DNA of 64,000 nucleotides, taken from assembly GCA_041659225.1 (NCBI GenBank), contig JBAZYR010000001.1:98087-162086 (forward strand). The letters are read 5' to 3'. A program made the translations under genes and the position numbers. The stretch is from Candidatus Staskawiczbacteria bacterium. Its GTDB lineage: Bacteria > Patescibacteriota > Minisyncoccia > Minisyncoccales > Staskawiczbacteraceae. Each line of letters begins with the position of its first letter. The first letter of the stretch is position 1. The notes beneath the pieces are model-generated. The model saw only the letters and a program-made list of their open reading frames with translations, had not been told where the DNA came from and did no database searches. Of the stretch, positions 37,327 to 47,667 are shown piece by piece.

Positions 37327-40263
37327 ATGAAAAAAATAATTCTAGTAAAAATTAAAGGGATGCATTGCGAGGCTTGCGAAAAGATTATTAAAGAGGACTT
37401 GATTGATTCCGGAATATCTCCGGAAGATATTGAGATCGATTTTAAAACTGGGCGAGCTTCAATAGGCACAGATCCCAGTGATGAAGAAGCCGGTCAAAAA
37501 ATACTCACGATAATTGACAACGCAGGATACAGTGCAGAATTAGTTGAAGCGCCTGCTCTAGATCCAAAAAAGTCTGCCGTTCCAGCAGTACGCGACGCAG
37601 ACGGCAAAGGGGTGGTTAGTTTAAGCATAGAAAACAGAATAGAGGCTGTCGGGAGAATTATCAATGACGAAAATGGCAAGCCATTCTTCCAAGGGGAGGT
37701 TAAAAGCGACAAAAAAGCGGAGATAGGAATTCCGGAGAATTTTCCAGAAGCCAAAGGATATCTGGAAAATTTAGCAAAAACTGTCAATTTTTGGAAGATG
37801 TTTGATCTATCGGGTATCGGACTAGGCACTCATCACGAGCAACCAAGCTTTATCTCGCAAGGTAGCAAACCCGACGGAGCAAACAGCCAAAAAGCTGTAG
37901 AGAAGGACGGGAATAGAAACGCCAGAGTTTCCCTCTCGCTCGACGGCATGCATTGTTCCTCCTGCGCCCAAATAATTGAGCGGGCCTTAAAAAAGGTTCC
38001 TGGCGTAAAAGACGCAAATGTTAATTTCGCTGCGGAAAAAGCATCGATTCTCTTCGATGACTCTTTATCTGATACGAACATGCTGATAAAAGCAGTAAAG
38101 GAGGCTGGCTACAGGGCGGAGATTGTTGACTCAAAGGACAAAGAATTTGAAGCCAAGAAAAGAACGCGGGATATCAAAAGCTATTTTAAGAAATTTATCA
38201 TTGCCGCTGTTTTAAGCGCGCCAATGCTATATTTCATGTTTTTGGATTTCTTCAAATGGTTGCCGGGAGCTAACTCCCTTCCGCCATATTTTGGAATAGT
38301 CTCTCTGATATTATCGACAGCTGTACAATTCGGCATCGGCTACGGTTTTTACAAAGGCATGTGGTCAAGCCTTAAAATGAAGACCTTTAATATGGACAGC
38401 TTGATAGCAATAGGTACTTCCACAGCTTACCTCTACAGTCTGGCTTATTACCTAATTTACGTCTTCTCGAACAGTTCCCTTATCGGATTAAACGGATTCA
38501 AAATACCGGAACTATACTTTGAAACCGCATCGTTTCTAATTACCTTCGTTATTTTGGGAAAATGGCTTGAGATAAGGGCTAAGGGGAAAACCTCAGACTC
38601 TATACAGAAACTCATGGGTCTGCAGGCAAAGACTGCACGAGTAATAAGAAACGGCGTGACGCAGGACATCTCTATAGATGAGGTGGTGAAGGGCGATATC
38701 GTGATTGTCCGTCCCGGGGAGAAAATCCCAGTAGATGGAAAAATCACCAAGGGACTTTCTGCGGTTGACGAGTCAATGATCACGGGCGAAAGTATACCGA
38801 CAGAGAAAAAAGTTGGAGATATGGTCGTCGGAGCTACCATTAATAAATCGGGCAGTTTTGAGTTTGAGGCTACAAGAGTCGGATCGGAAACGACCCTGGC
38901 TCAGATCATCCGGCTTATTGAAGAGGCCCAGGGGTCAAAAGCCCCAATTCAAGCATTCGCCGACAAGATTTCTTCCGTCTTCGTTCCGATGGTCATCGGC
39001 ATCGCCGTGCTTACTTTCTTGATCTGGTTCTTTATTATAGGAGCGGGGTTTGCCTTCGCTTTGATGGCGTTTACTGCGGTAATTGTTATCGCCTGTCCTT
39101 GCGCTCTTGGTTTAGCTACCCCAACCGCAATCATGGTTGGAACGGGTAAAGGAGCTGAATACGGGATTCTGGTTAAGGGAGGAGAACCTCTGGAATCAGC
39201 ATGTAAAATTGACGCGATAATTTTTGATAAGACAGGAACCCTGACAAAGGGGAAACCCGAAGTTACGGATATAGTTAGCTTCGCCAGTCAAGAGGAAGAG
39301 GAAATTATAGCGATTGCCGGGAGTTTAGAAAAATTATCTGAACATTCTTTGGCAGAGGCTATCTACGGCTACACCAAAGAAGAAGGGATTGACTTGTACG
39401 AAGTCAAAAATTTCTCAGCTGTACCGGGGCACGGAGTTGTTGGACAAATCAATGACGAAAAATATTTTCTTGGCAACCGCAAAATGATTATTGAGGTAGC
39501 CGAGTTAGGCGTTGAAAAGATAAGCCGAAAATTAAGAAAACTGGAGGAACAAGGAAAAACCGTGATGATTTTAGCCAACAAAAATGAGATCGTTGGCGCT
39601 ATAGCCGTAGCTGATACCGTGAAGGGAACGTCACGATCAGCGGTTGAGAGACTGACAAAACTCGGCATTGAAGTATATATGATTACCGGAGACAATCGAG
39701 TAACGGCTATGGCAATTGCTCCTCAAGTCGGCATAACCAATGTTCTAGCCGAGGTCTTACCAGAAGATAAGGCAGAAGAAGTTAAGAAACTACAAGCTAG
39801 TGGGAAAAAAGTAGCAATGGTTGGGGACGGTATTAATGACGCCCCTGCGCTGGCGCAGGCTGATTTAGGCATAGCCATGGGCAATGGAACTGATGTTGCT
39901 ATGGAAACCGGCGGTATTGTAATCATCAAAAATGATCTCAACGACGTCGTCACTGCTATCGAGCTTTCCAAGGAAACAATGGTTAAGATAAAACAGAATA
40001 TGTTTTTTGCTTTATTCTATAATGTCATCGGCATTCCTGTTGCTGCCAGAGTTTTCGCTGGCTTCGGATTAGTTTTAAAACCCGAGCTCGCTGGGCTAGC
40101 CATGGCATTAAGTTCTATTTCTGTCGTCACAAACTCACTCCTATTGAGATATTTTAAACCTAATAGGAGGAACTGGGTATCGACCATAGCCCCTTTCGCG
40201 ATGGTGATTGTTTTTACAATTATGTTCTTGTTGTTCACACAGTTGGGTCGCGCCATGGACTAG
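37327..40263 (+). CDS. copA: Copper-translocating P1B-type ATPase with two HMA domains
   Basis: GMHCEACE and [11 protein letters not shown] motifs, TGES, CPC in TM6, [15 protein letters not shown]. Confidence 0.95.
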   Translation: MKKIILVKIKGMHCEACEKIIKEDLIDSGISPEDIEIDFKTGRASIGTDPSDEEAGQKILTIIDNAGYSAELVEAPALDPKKSAVPAVRDADGKGVVSLSIENRIEAVGRIINDENGKPFFQGEVKSDKKAEIGIPENFPEAKGYLENLAKTVNFWKMFDLSGIGLGTHHEQPSFISQGSKPDGANSQKAVEKDGNRNARVSLSLDGMHCSSCAQIIERALKKVPGVKDANVNFAAEKASILFDDSLSDTNMLIKAVKEAGYRAEIVDSKDKEFEAKKRTRDIKSYFKKFIIAAVLSAPMLYFMFLDFFKWLPGANSLPPYFGIVSLILSTAVQFGIGYGFYKGMWSSLKMKTFNMDSLIAIGTSTAYLYSLAYYLIYVFSNSSLIGLNGFKIPELYFETASFLITFVILGKWLEIRAKGKTSDSIQKLMGLQAKTARVIRNGVTQDISIDEVVKGDIVIVRPGEKIPVDGKITKGLSAVDESMITGESIPTEKKVGDMVVGATINKSGSFEFEATRVGSETTLAQIIRLIEEAQGSKAPIQAFADKISSVFVPMVIGIAVLTFLIWFFIIGAGFAFALMAFTAVIVIACPCALGLATPTAIMVGTGKGAEYGILVKGGEPLESACKIDAIIFDKTGTLTKGKPEVTDIVSFASQEEEEIIAIAGSLEKLSEHSLAEAIYGYTKEEGIDLYEVKNFSAVPGHGVVGQINDEKYFLGNRKMIIEVAELGVEKISRKLRKLEEQGKTVMILANKNEIVGAIAVADTVKGTSRSAVERLTKLGIEVYMITGDNRVTAMAIAPQVGITNVLAEVLPEDKAEEVKKLQASGKKVAMVGDGINDAPALAQADLGIAMGNGTDVAMETGGIVIIKNDLNDVVTAIELSKETMVKIKQNMFFALFYNVIGIPVAARVFAGFGLVLKPELAGLAMALSSISVVTNSLLLRYFKPNRRNWVSTIAPFAMVIVFTIMFLLFTQLGRAMD

Positions 40264-40276
40264 CGGGCTATGCAAT

Positions 40277-40311
40277 AAAAATACCGCCTCACATTGTGGC
40301 GGTATTTTTAT
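40277..40311 (+). terminator. Rho-independent terminator after copA
   Basis: ataccgcc-tcacattgt-ggcggtat followed by ttttat. Confidence 0.8.
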
Positions 40312-40319
40312 TGCTACTT

Positions 40320-40390
40320 TCAGGGCGCTGGGAATCGGACCCAGTCTACACCCTCCCGAAGGGTGCGTACTACCGGCATACTCCGCCCTG
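40320..40390 (-). tRNA. tRNA-Pro (anticodon CGG)
   Basis: Acceptor cagggcg/cgccctg, anticodon stem caccc/gggtg, loop ttcggga, T-arm ctggg-tccgatt-cccag (C at position 55). Confidence 0.75.
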
Positions 40391-40399
40391 TATCTAAAC

Positions 40400-41857
40400 T
40401 TATGTCACCCAATACTTCTGCTTTGTCATTTCATCTCTCTTGGTTTCAATCTTCTCTCTTTCTTTCTTAGCGTCTTCTGATATTTTCTCCAATTCTTTTT
40501 CAGACAACTTGCCTAATTTTTCTGCCTCTTTTTTCAACACTTCTTTTTTATTCTTCTTCGGATCCATCAAAACCTGGCCCAAAAGAATATTTAGAATGCT
40601 GCCAACCTTCGGACCTGGCTTAATATCTAACATCTTCATAATCTCGCTGCCGTTAATCTTTAACATCTTGGCTGAAATCGGATCCTGGGAAACCTTATCG
40701 ACTATATACTTTAAATGGCGCAGTTTGTATGGCTCAGCCTTGGGAACGCCAGATCCTATTCTATCTGCCATCCGCACCTGTAATAATTCTTCCATGCTTT
40801 CCGGGCCAACGTTCTTGACTAGTCTTCTGACAGAAGAATCCTTTACCTCGCCTGCGTTATAGTAAAAAAGGTGGTACCGAACTAAGCCGACTATCTTTTC
40901 AATGTCTTTCTTGGAAAACTTTAAATTCTCTAAGATATCTCTCGTCATTCTTGCTCCTATTATCTCGTGGTTGTAAAAAGTAGAATCTTCTCCCTCGCCT
41001 CTTTTAGCTCTGGGTTTGCCTATATCATGGAACAAAGCAGCTAACCGGACGTTTTGGTTGAATTTCTTTTGAGCTGCATACTTTAAAGAGAGCAAAGAAT
41101 GCTGCCAGCAGTCATAAATGTGATGTTTGTTCTGTCCGACCTCGTAACTTTCTTCCAACTCGGGGACAATAAACTTCAGGAGGTTAAGCTCCCTGAGCAA
41201 TTCTATGCCATCAGCTGCCTTATCTGACATTATAATTTTTATAAACTCATCCCTAATCCTTTCTTTTGAAATTGCTTTTAGCCAAACGCTATTTTTTTTA
41301 ATAGCCTGAGCGGTTTTATCCTCAATTTTAAAATCTAAGGTTGTGGCAAATCGTACTGCCCTTAGCATCCTCAACGCGTCTTCTGAGAACCTCTCTTCCG
41401 GAGAACCTACTGTTCTAATTATTTTATTCTTCAAATCCGCCTGGCCGTTGTAAATATCTATTAACTTAACTTTTTTAGCTTCTATTTCCAAAGCCATGGC
41501 GTTAACAGTAAAATCCCTCCTCGCTAAATCTTCCTGCAGTGTTTTGGCAAATCGAACTTCATCCGGATGTCTTTTATCGGAATACCCGGCCTCTAGTCTA
41601 TAGGTGGTAATTTCGATTTCCTTTAGGTTCTCATTTTTACTCCCGGTTTGAGTTGTAACCGTCAAAAACTTATTCTCGTAAAAACTCTTAGGAAAAACTT
41701 TTTGTATTTCCTCTGGCTTGGCGTTGGTTGTGACGTCCCAATCCATGGGAGTGATGCCAAGCGAAAAATCGCGGACGCAACCGCCGACAATATATGCCTC
41801 AAATCCTGATTTCTTGAGGTCTGATATAACAGATTTTACTTCTTTCGGAATAGTCAT
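40400..41857 (-). CDS. cca: CCA-adding enzyme (class II tRNA nucleotidyltransferase with HD domain) plus K/E-rich C-terminal tail
   Basis: GGCVRD, RDFTVNAM, ERFSEDALRMLRAVRF and HD motif LFHDIGKP. Start set at ATG 41857 (MTIPKEV). Confidence 0.85.
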   Translation of the reverse strand: MTIPKEVKSVISDLKKSGFEAYIVGGCVRDFSLGITPMDWDVTTNAKPEEIQKVFPKSFYENKFLTVTTQTGSKNENLKEIEITTYRLEAGYSDKRHPDEVRFAKTLQEDLARRDFTVNAMALEIEAKKVKLIDIYNGQADLKNKIIRTVGSPEERFSEDALRMLRAVRFATTLDFKIEDKTAQAIKKNSVWLKAISKERIRDEFIKIIMSDKAADGIELLRELNLLKFIVPELEESYEVGQNKHHIYDCWQHSLLSLKYAAQKKFNQNVRLAALFHDIGKPRAKRGEGEDSTFYNHEIIGARMTRDILENLKFSKKDIEKIVGLVRYHLFYYNAGEVKDSSVRRLVKNVGPESMEELLQVRMADRIGSGVPKAEPYKLRHLKYIVDKVSQDPISAKMLKINGSEIMKMLDIKPGPKVGSILNILLGQVLMDPKKNKKEVLKKEAEKLGKLSEKELEKISEDAKKEREKIETKRDEMTKQKYWVT

Positions 41858-41937
41858 AATAATTAGATAATAGCTTAAAGCCGCCTTTTCTTCAACTTGC
41901 CAAACCATATTTTTTGTTGTAAAATTTAGACAAATTC

Positions 41938-42009
41938 GCCCTCGTAATGAAATGGACATCATACGACGCTTCGAACGTCGGAGTCCAGGTTCGAGTCCTG
42001 GCGAGGGCA
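41938..42009 (+). tRNA. tRNA-Arg (anticodon UCG)
   Basis: Acceptor gccctcg/cgagggc, anticodon stem cgacg/cgtcg, loop cttcgaa, T-arm ccagg-ttcgagt-cctgg. Confidence 0.8.
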
Positions 42010-42052
42010 CATACAATATGATATATTAAGAATAAGATTTAATTCTTATAAC

Positions 42053-42400
42053 ATGAAAAAAACATTTGTAGTTCTTCTAATATCGTTAGCCCTATTTCCA
42101 ATTTTAGCTTCCGCTGCTATAGTTACTTGCGGTCCTAAGTGCGAACTTTCCGACGTATGCCCAACTATTGTGAATATTATAACTTTTATAAAGAATGAGC
42201 TTGTAGTTGCACTTGCTATTCTCTTTTTGACAATAGGCGGAATAGTCGTCTTAGCCTCCGGAGGAAGTCCTGAATTAAGGGGTTTAGGGAAAAAAATCGT
42301 AGTAACAACTATTATAGGAATGGCCCTAGCTTTTGCTGCTGGAACTATTATTGTCGAAATACTCAAAATATTGGGCTCAACGTATAATATTCAGTGTTAA
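42053..42400 (+). CDS. Stand-alone VirB2/TrbC-type (T4SS pilin-like) small membrane protein
   Basis: 115 aa: signal peptide (ILASA/A), Cys-containing segment, TM1, short polar loop GGSPELRGLGKK, TM2. The architecture matches the N-terminal modules of the genes at 57314, 61013 and 62542. Confidence 0.6.
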   Translation: MKKTFVVLLISLALFPILASAAIVTCGPKCELSDVCPTIVNIITFIKNELVVALAILFLTIGGIVVLASGGSPELRGLGKKIVVTTIIGMALAFAAGTIIVEILKILGSTYNIQC

Positions 42401-42421
42401 AGGGTAAACGGCTTAAATTTT

Positions 42422-42494
42422 GCGCCCATAGCTCAACTGGCAGAGCAGATCCCTCTTAAGGATAAGGTTGCAGGTTCGATTCCTGCTGGGCGCA
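42422..42494 (+). tRNA. tRNA-Lys (anticodon CUU)
   Basis: Acceptor gcgccca/tgggcgc, anticodon loop ctcttaa, T-arm gcagg-ttcgatt-cctgc. Confidence 0.8.
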
Positions 42495-42563
42495 CAAAGA
42501 TTGACATTTCCACATTTATCATATATATTTAACTCTATACTCACACACCAATATATTAAAAAC

Positions 42564-42830
42564 ATGCTTAAAACAGAAGCTAAGTCAAAAATCATAAAGA
42601 AAAGCGGCGTTCACGATACCGACACTGGCTCTCCGGAGGTTCAGATTGCTTTGTTGTCCGAAGAAATAAATAAATTGTTGTCTCATTTCAAAAAGCACCC
42701 CAAGGACTTCCACTCCAAGCGTGGATTAATAAAAATGGTTGTAAAGAGAAAAAAACTATTATCATACTTAGAAAAGGTTTCTGACAAAAGGTACAAGGAC
42801 ATTGTTAAGAAGATAGGCCTGAAGAAATAA
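42564..42830 (+). CDS. rpsO: 30S ribosomal protein S15
   Basis: DTGSPEVQIALLSEEINKLLSHFKKHPKDFHSKRGLIKMVVKRKKLLSYL is typical S15. Start set at ATG 42564 because the ORF-track extension overlaps tRNA-Lys. Confidence 0.9.
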   Translation: MLKTEAKSKIIKKSGVHDTDTGSPEVQIALLSEEINKLLSHFKKHPKDFHSKRGLIKMVVKRKKLLSYLEKVSDKRYKDIVKKIGLKK

Positions 42831-42884
42831 CGAAATAATAAATTTTTACAATTATACGGATCTCAAATCCGTACATATAGGAGA

Positions 42885-43403
42885 ATGGCAAAACCAAAAG
42901 AACAAAGAGTAGAGGTATTGATTGACGTGCAGAATCTTTATCATTCGGCAAGAAACATATATCACTCAAAAGTTAACTTCAAAGAAATCTTAAAACAGGC
43001 AGTCGCGGGAAGGAAATTTATCCGAGCGTTTGCCTACGTGGTAAGAACAAAAACCGGCACTGAAGAGCCGTTTTTTGAGGCACTAACGAAACTGGGCATT
43101 GAAACACGGATAAGAGACTTACAGGAATTTTACGACGGCCAGAAAAAAGCGGACTGGGACGTCGGCATAGTTATTGATGCCATAAGAACCTCCCCAGGAT
43201 TAGATGTAATAATCCTGGTATCAGGAGACGGAGATTTCATTGCCCTAGTCGAATATCTTAAAAATCAGGGCAAGAGAGTCGAGGTAATGGCTTTTGGAAA
43301 AACTACCTCCTCTCACTTGAAAGAAATAGCCGACGAGTTTATAGACCTAGACAAAGGACCGGAAAAATTCTTGCTGGGATATACGAAAAATATAAAGGTA
43401 TAA
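42885..43403 (+). CDS. NYN/LabA-like domain protein
   Basis: RVEVLIDVQNLYHSA near the N-terminus and IILVSGDGDFIALVEYLKNQGKRVEVMAFG. Located between rpsO and pnp, with its stop 3 nt before the pnp start. Confidence 0.7.
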   Translation: MAKPKEQRVEVLIDVQNLYHSARNIYHSKVNFKEILKQAVAGRKFIRAFAYVVRTKTGTEEPFFEALTKLGIETRIRDLQEFYDGQKKADWDVGIVIDAIRTSPGLDVIILVSGDGDFIALVEYLKNQGKRVEVMAFGKTTSSHLKEIADEFIDLDKGPEKFLLGYTKNIKV

Positions 43404-43405
43404 AA

Positions 43406-45526
43406 ATGGAAAAAAATATTACAAAACAAATTGAAATCGGAGGGAAACAATTACAAGTGAAAATAACAAACTGGGCCGAGCAGGCTTCTGGCTCTTGTTT
43501 GGTTCAGCTGGGAGACACCGAGGTTCTAGCAACTGCAGTAATGTCTGCACAGGAGCCTGAAGGAGTTGATTTCTTCCCTTTAACAGTAGACTACGAAGAG
43601 AGATACTACGCTGCTGGCAGAATTTTCGGTTCTCGGTTTATCAGACGAGAGGGCCGGCCAGCTGATGACGCTATTTTAACAGGCAGAATGATCGATCGCG
43701 CCATAAGGCCGCGCTTTCCGAAAGCCTTTAAAAGACAAACTCAGGTAATTATTACTTGCCTTTCCTGGGATGGTGAAAATGACCCGGATGTCTTAGGATT
43801 AACTGCCGCTTCAGTGGCTTTATCTATTTCCGATATTCCATGGAATGGCCCAGTCGCAATTATTCGTGTCGCTAGAAACGATGGAAAATTAATTTTTAAT
43901 CCAACCTACGATGAAAGAATAAAAGGCGACTTTGATTTAATCTTGACTGCAGTGGAGGCTGATAAAAAAATATTGATAAATATGGTAGAAATGGGCGGAA
44001 AAGAAATTCTAGAAAGCGACATAATGGAAGCTACAAAAGCTGCCGAACCAGAGCTTAAAAAGATTATTGCCTTTCAAAATGATATCAAAAACGAATTGGG
44101 GAAAGAAAAAATTGAAGTGCCCGACAGATCAGACCGAGAGCTGGAAAAAGAAGCAAGGGAGTTCACGAAAGACAAACTAGAGAAAGCTCTAGATAGAATG
44201 ACGCCAAAAGAGAAAAATATTCCTGCCGTTGAAGAACTACGAGAGGAATTTATTACTTCTATAAAAGAGAAATATACCGACCCGGCTAAGATAAAGCAGG
44301 CCTTAGAATACTTTGAGGAAGAAGCAAAAAAAGCCATCTATAAAAGTATCATCGAAGACAACAAACGACCCGACGGAAGAAAAAGAGATGAACTCAGAAA
44401 AATATCTTGCGAAGTCGGTGTTCTGCCACGAACGCATGGCTCTGGAATATTTACCCGCGGACTGACCAGGGTTCTGTCCATTCTTACTTTAGGCGGCCCA
44501 AAAGACCAGCAATTGTTAGAAGGCATGGAATTCATCGGGAAAAAGAGATTTATGCACCACTACAACTTCCCACCCTACTCCTCTGGAGAGGTAAGCTCGA
44601 TGCGCGGGCCGAAAAGGAGGGAAATTGGGCATGGTTGTTTAGCCGAGAAAGCATTACTGCCTCTCATTCCCGAGTTTGAACAGTTCCCTTATACTATCAG
44701 AATCGTTTCGGAAATATTATCCAGTAATGGCTCAACATCCATGGCTTCAGTTTGTGCTGCTTCCTTATCTTTGCTGGATGCCGGCGTACCGATAAAAGAA
44801 ATAGCAGCTGGTATATCGATAGGATTGGCCGAGGATGAAGATCCAAACAAACAAAAACTCTTACTTGATATCCAAGGTCCTGAAGATCACTTAGGCGGTA
44901 TGGATTTTAAGGTAGCTGGAACAAAAAATGGAGTGACTGCAATTCAAATGGATACCAAAACCGATGGCATCACAAAGGAGACCATGGGGGAAGCTTTGGA
45001 GATGGCAAAAAATGCAAGACTGGAAATTCTTAATACAATAAGTAAAACAATATCAAAACCCAAAGAGAGCCTTTCTCCTTGGGCTCCAAAGATAAAAACT
45101 GTTCAGATTAATCCTGCAAAAATAGGCGAGGTGATCGGACCAAGAGGGAGCGTAATTAACAAAATGACCGAGCAATACAAGGTGAGTATCGACATTGAAG
45201 ATAACGGCCTTGTTTTCATAACTGGCCAGGACGACAAAGCAGTGCAAGAAGTAATACAGCAGATAAAAGGGATGACCAGAGAAGTCCAGGTCGGAGAGAT
45301 ATTCCAAGGGGAGGTAAAAAAGATTACAGACTTCGGAGCTTTCGTTGAAGTTCTCCCTGGGACAGACGGCCTCGTTCACATATCAAATTTTGTTTCTCAT
45401 CATATAAAGAGCGTAGGGGAAGTCGTCAAGGAGGGAGACATCATACCTGTGAAGGTAATCTTAATTGATGAACTCGGCAGAATAAACCTCTCTGCAAAAG
45501 ACGCAGGATTCAAACCAAAGAAATAA
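43406..45526 (+). CDS. pnp: Polyribonucleotide nucleotidyltransferase (PNPase)
   Basis: Two RNase PH-like domains, then KH (IGPRGSVINKM) and S1 (GEVKKITDFGAFVEV...GLVHIS) domains. 706 aa. Confidence 0.95.
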   Translation: MEKNITKQIEIGGKQLQVKITNWAEQASGSCLVQLGDTEVLATAVMSAQEPEGVDFFPLTVDYEERYYAAGRIFGSRFIRREGRPADDAILTGRMIDRAIRPRFPKAFKRQTQVIITCLSWDGENDPDVLGLTAASVALSISDIPWNGPVAIIRVARNDGKLIFNPTYDERIKGDFDLILTAVEADKKILINMVEMGGKEILESDIMEATKAAEPELKKIIAFQNDIKNELGKEKIEVPDRSDRELEKEAREFTKDKLEKALDRMTPKEKNIPAVEELREEFITSIKEKYTDPAKIKQALEYFEEEAKKAIYKSIIEDNKRPDGRKRDELRKISCEVGVLPRTHGSGIFTRGLTRVLSILTLGGPKDQQLLEGMEFIGKKRFMHHYNFPPYSSGEVSSMRGPKRREIGHGCLAEKALLPLIPEFEQFPYTIRIVSEILSSNGSTSMASVCAASLSLLDAGVPIKEIAAGISIGLAEDEDPNKQKLLLDIQGPEDHLGGMDFKVAGTKNGVTAIQMDTKTDGITKETMGEALEMAKNARLEILNTISKTISKPKESLSPWAPKIKTVQINPAKIGEVIGPRGSVINKMTEQYKVSIDIEDNGLVFITGQDDKAVQEVIQQIKGMTREVQVGEIFQGEVKKITDFGAFVEVLPGTDGLVHISNFVSHHIKSVGEVVKEGDIIPVKVILIDELGRINLSAKDAGFKPKK

Positions 45527-45554
45527 AAAGTCCTCAGAACTTTAAACAAAGTAC

Positions 45555-46175
45555 ATGGTTTTCATAAATCCGGGACCATATTGGTTTATAATTATTATTT
45601 GGATAGTTTACTTTCTTAATAACTTCTATTTAAATTACAAGACCAAACGTTTTTTTCATAAAAGCAAAGCTGAAACATTCTTATTGATCCCCTTTTATAT
45701 TTTTGTTGCGGTCCTGGCATTCAAAATATCCTCATACATTTTAGGGCTGCCAGATAACGGGTGGCATGCCAACACAACCCTAACTCTGTTCTGTGGATCA
45801 ATAGGCATGCTTCTCGGCTTAACCGCCACCTTTCTTTTCGCCTACCTTGTTTATTCCAAAGCAACCTTCCCAAGTTGTGTGTATATCACCAGAGGAGAAA
45901 ACCCCAGGGGCATCTATAGCTACATCCGCCATCCTTCGTATATAGTTTTTTCTTTCCTTACCTTTGGAACATCCCTTTACCTTTTGGATACTTCTTTATT
46001 CATTATTTCCATCGTTATCTATATTTGTCTCTATTTTTGTTATATGATAGAAGAAAGACACTATTTAAAAACAATTCCCAGCTATAGGGAATACTTCGAA
46101 AGAACCAATAGATTCCTGCCAAATTTTCCCTTATTTTTTTCATTGATAAACAAAAAGATGAAAAACAAATCATAA
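45555..46175 (+). CDS. Isoprenylcysteine carboxyl methyltransferase (ICMT)/phospholipid methyltransferase-family membrane protein
   Basis: Polytopic, with GIYSYIRHPSYIVFSF and a downstream EE..L motif typical of the family. Confidence 0.6.
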   Translation: MVFINPGPYWFIIIIWIVYFLNNFYLNYKTKRFFHKSKAETFLLIPFYIFVAVLAFKISSYILGLPDNGWHANTTLTLFCGSIGMLLGLTATFLFAYLVYSKATFPSCVYITRGENPRGIYSYIRHPSYIVFSFLTFGTSLYLLDTSLFIISIVIYICLYFCYMIEERHYLKTIPSYREYFERTNRFLPNFPLFFSLINKKMKNKS

Positions 46176-46181
46176 AATTTC

Positions 46182-47243
46182 ATGACAGCAGAAAAAGAAG
46201 AACAATTAAAGGACCTTCTCGACAGATCCGCAGTAAGGACTATGAGAAAAGATATCCAAGCACTGAGGGAGGGCGTGGCGTTGAAAGAAAAGGACCGAAT
46301 AATAAACATGAAAACTCCGGAGGAAGAGCTTGCAGAAAAAGCGAAGATGGAAATGCTCAAGAGAGGAGAGGCACAAAAACAAAACATCGGGGAGGAAGCT
46401 CAGGCTAGAGCAGAGATACTCCAGAAAAAATCAACTGAAGAGACTCAGGCAATGGTACAACTGAAAAGCTTTGCTTCTGAAGAGGAAAAGCAGCAAATTT
46501 TCTATTTAGAAACAGAGAAAAACGACTTGGCAAAAAAAGTGCAGGCTATTCAAAGAGAAAAAGAACCACCGCTATTGCTACAAAAAAATAAACTGCTGTT
46601 AGAGAGAAACAACGCAGAAGTGAAATTAAGAACCTTTTCGGAAGAAGAAAAAAACGTTGAAGGCGAACAAAATTTCTTAAGCGAGACCGAGCAAACAACC
46701 AATGCGCCGAAAGACAAGCAAACGCTGGAGAAGAAGCGGTGGGAATCGGAAGAAAAACGAGAAAGCATGGAAAAGAGGAGATGGGCCATGGAAAAAGAAA
46801 TAGAAGGGATAGAAAAGCGTATGCAAGACACTGATGACGAATACCAACGCGTTCTAGCCGAGGAAGACAGCCTAAAGCAAAAAATAGCAGAAATAAGCAA
46901 CTCGCTTAGATTAATATATATAAGAATAACCAGCAGAGAGGAGGAAAGCAGAAAATCAAAAAAGGCGCAAACAGACCTTGAGGGGGAAAAAAGAGCGGAA
47001 ATAGAAAGCAAAAGAAAGGAGGAAATCAGGCGGCAAGAGTACAAAAAAGTAGAGCACATCGAAGAAAAGCCATTCATTAAAAGCATCCCGGACAGCGGTA
47101 AAAAAGAGGAACTGATTAAAAAAATGCAGGAAACCAGCACCAAAGAAGAAGACGAAAGAAGAAAATTCCTGGAAAGCCTAGATAAATGGGCGGAGCAAGA
47201 TACTAAAAAAAATGAAAATCCTCCAAACGTTACGACAAAATAA
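46182..47243 (+). CDS. Hypothetical E/K-rich coiled-coil protein
   Basis: 353 aa, strongly charged low-complexity helical sequence. No motif recognised. Confidence 0.45.
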   Translation: MTAEKEEQLKDLLDRSAVRTMRKDIQALREGVALKEKDRIINMKTPEEELAEKAKMEMLKRGEAQKQNIGEEAQARAEILQKKSTEETQAMVQLKSFASEEEKQQIFYLETEKNDLAKKVQAIQREKEPPLLLQKNKLLLERNNAEVKLRTFSEEEKNVEGEQNFLSETEQTTNAPKDKQTLEKKRWESEEKRESMEKRRWAMEKEIEGIEKRMQDTDDEYQRVLAEEDSLKQKIAEISNSLRLIYIRITSREEESRKSKKAQTDLEGEKRAEIESKRKEEIRRQEYKKVEHIEEKPFIKSIPDSGKKEELIKKMQETSTKEEDERRKFLESLDKWAEQDTKKNENPPNVTTK

Positions 47244-47254
47244 TAATTAAAAAC

Positions 47255-47608
47255 ATGAACGAAAAATCAATAAAGGAGTTAAAAGAAAAGCTAGAAAGAG
47301 AGAAACAATCTCTTGAGGGAGAATTAAAAAAGTTTGCGAAAGAAGATAGCGACCCGAAAAGAGGTTGGAATACCCGCTACCCTAAATTCGACGGTGTAGA
47401 CATGGAGGAAGAAGCTGACGAGATGCAAGAATACGAAAACCTTCTCCCAGTAGAACATAGCTTGGAATTAAGGTTGAGAGACGTTAATTCCGCCTTAGAA
47501 AAAATTGAAACGAACAAATATGGGAATTGTGAAAAATGCGGGGAGCAAATAGCCGAAGATAGATTACAGGCATGCCCCGAGGCAAAACTATGTGGAAAAT
47601 GTAAATAA
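47255..47608 (+). CDS. DksA/TraR-family C4 zinc-finger protein
   Basis: Coiled-coil N-terminus and C-terminal CEKCGEQIAEDRLQACPEAKLCGKC. Confidence 0.75.
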   Translation: MNEKSIKELKEKLEREKQSLEGELKKFAKEDSDPKRGWNTRYPKFDGVDMEEEADEMQEYENLLPVEHSLELRLRDVNSALEKIETNKYGNCEKCGEQIAEDRLQACPEAKLCGKCK

Positions 47609-47621
47609 TATGCGAGATACT

Positions 47622-47651
47622 AAAAAACAGGGGAACGCTCCCCTGTTTTTT
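47622..47651. terminator. Bidirectional rho-independent terminator
   Basis: aaaaaacagggga-acgc-tcccctgtttttt between convergent genes. Confidence 0.85.
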
Positions 47652-47667
47652 AGTACATAACCTTAAT

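Noticed and set aside
42046-42366. 106-aa minus-strand ORF opposite the orphan pilin gene
   Set aside because: The plus-strand product has a clear signal peptide and two-TM pilin architecture matching three other proteins in the window. The antisense ORF has no supporting signals.
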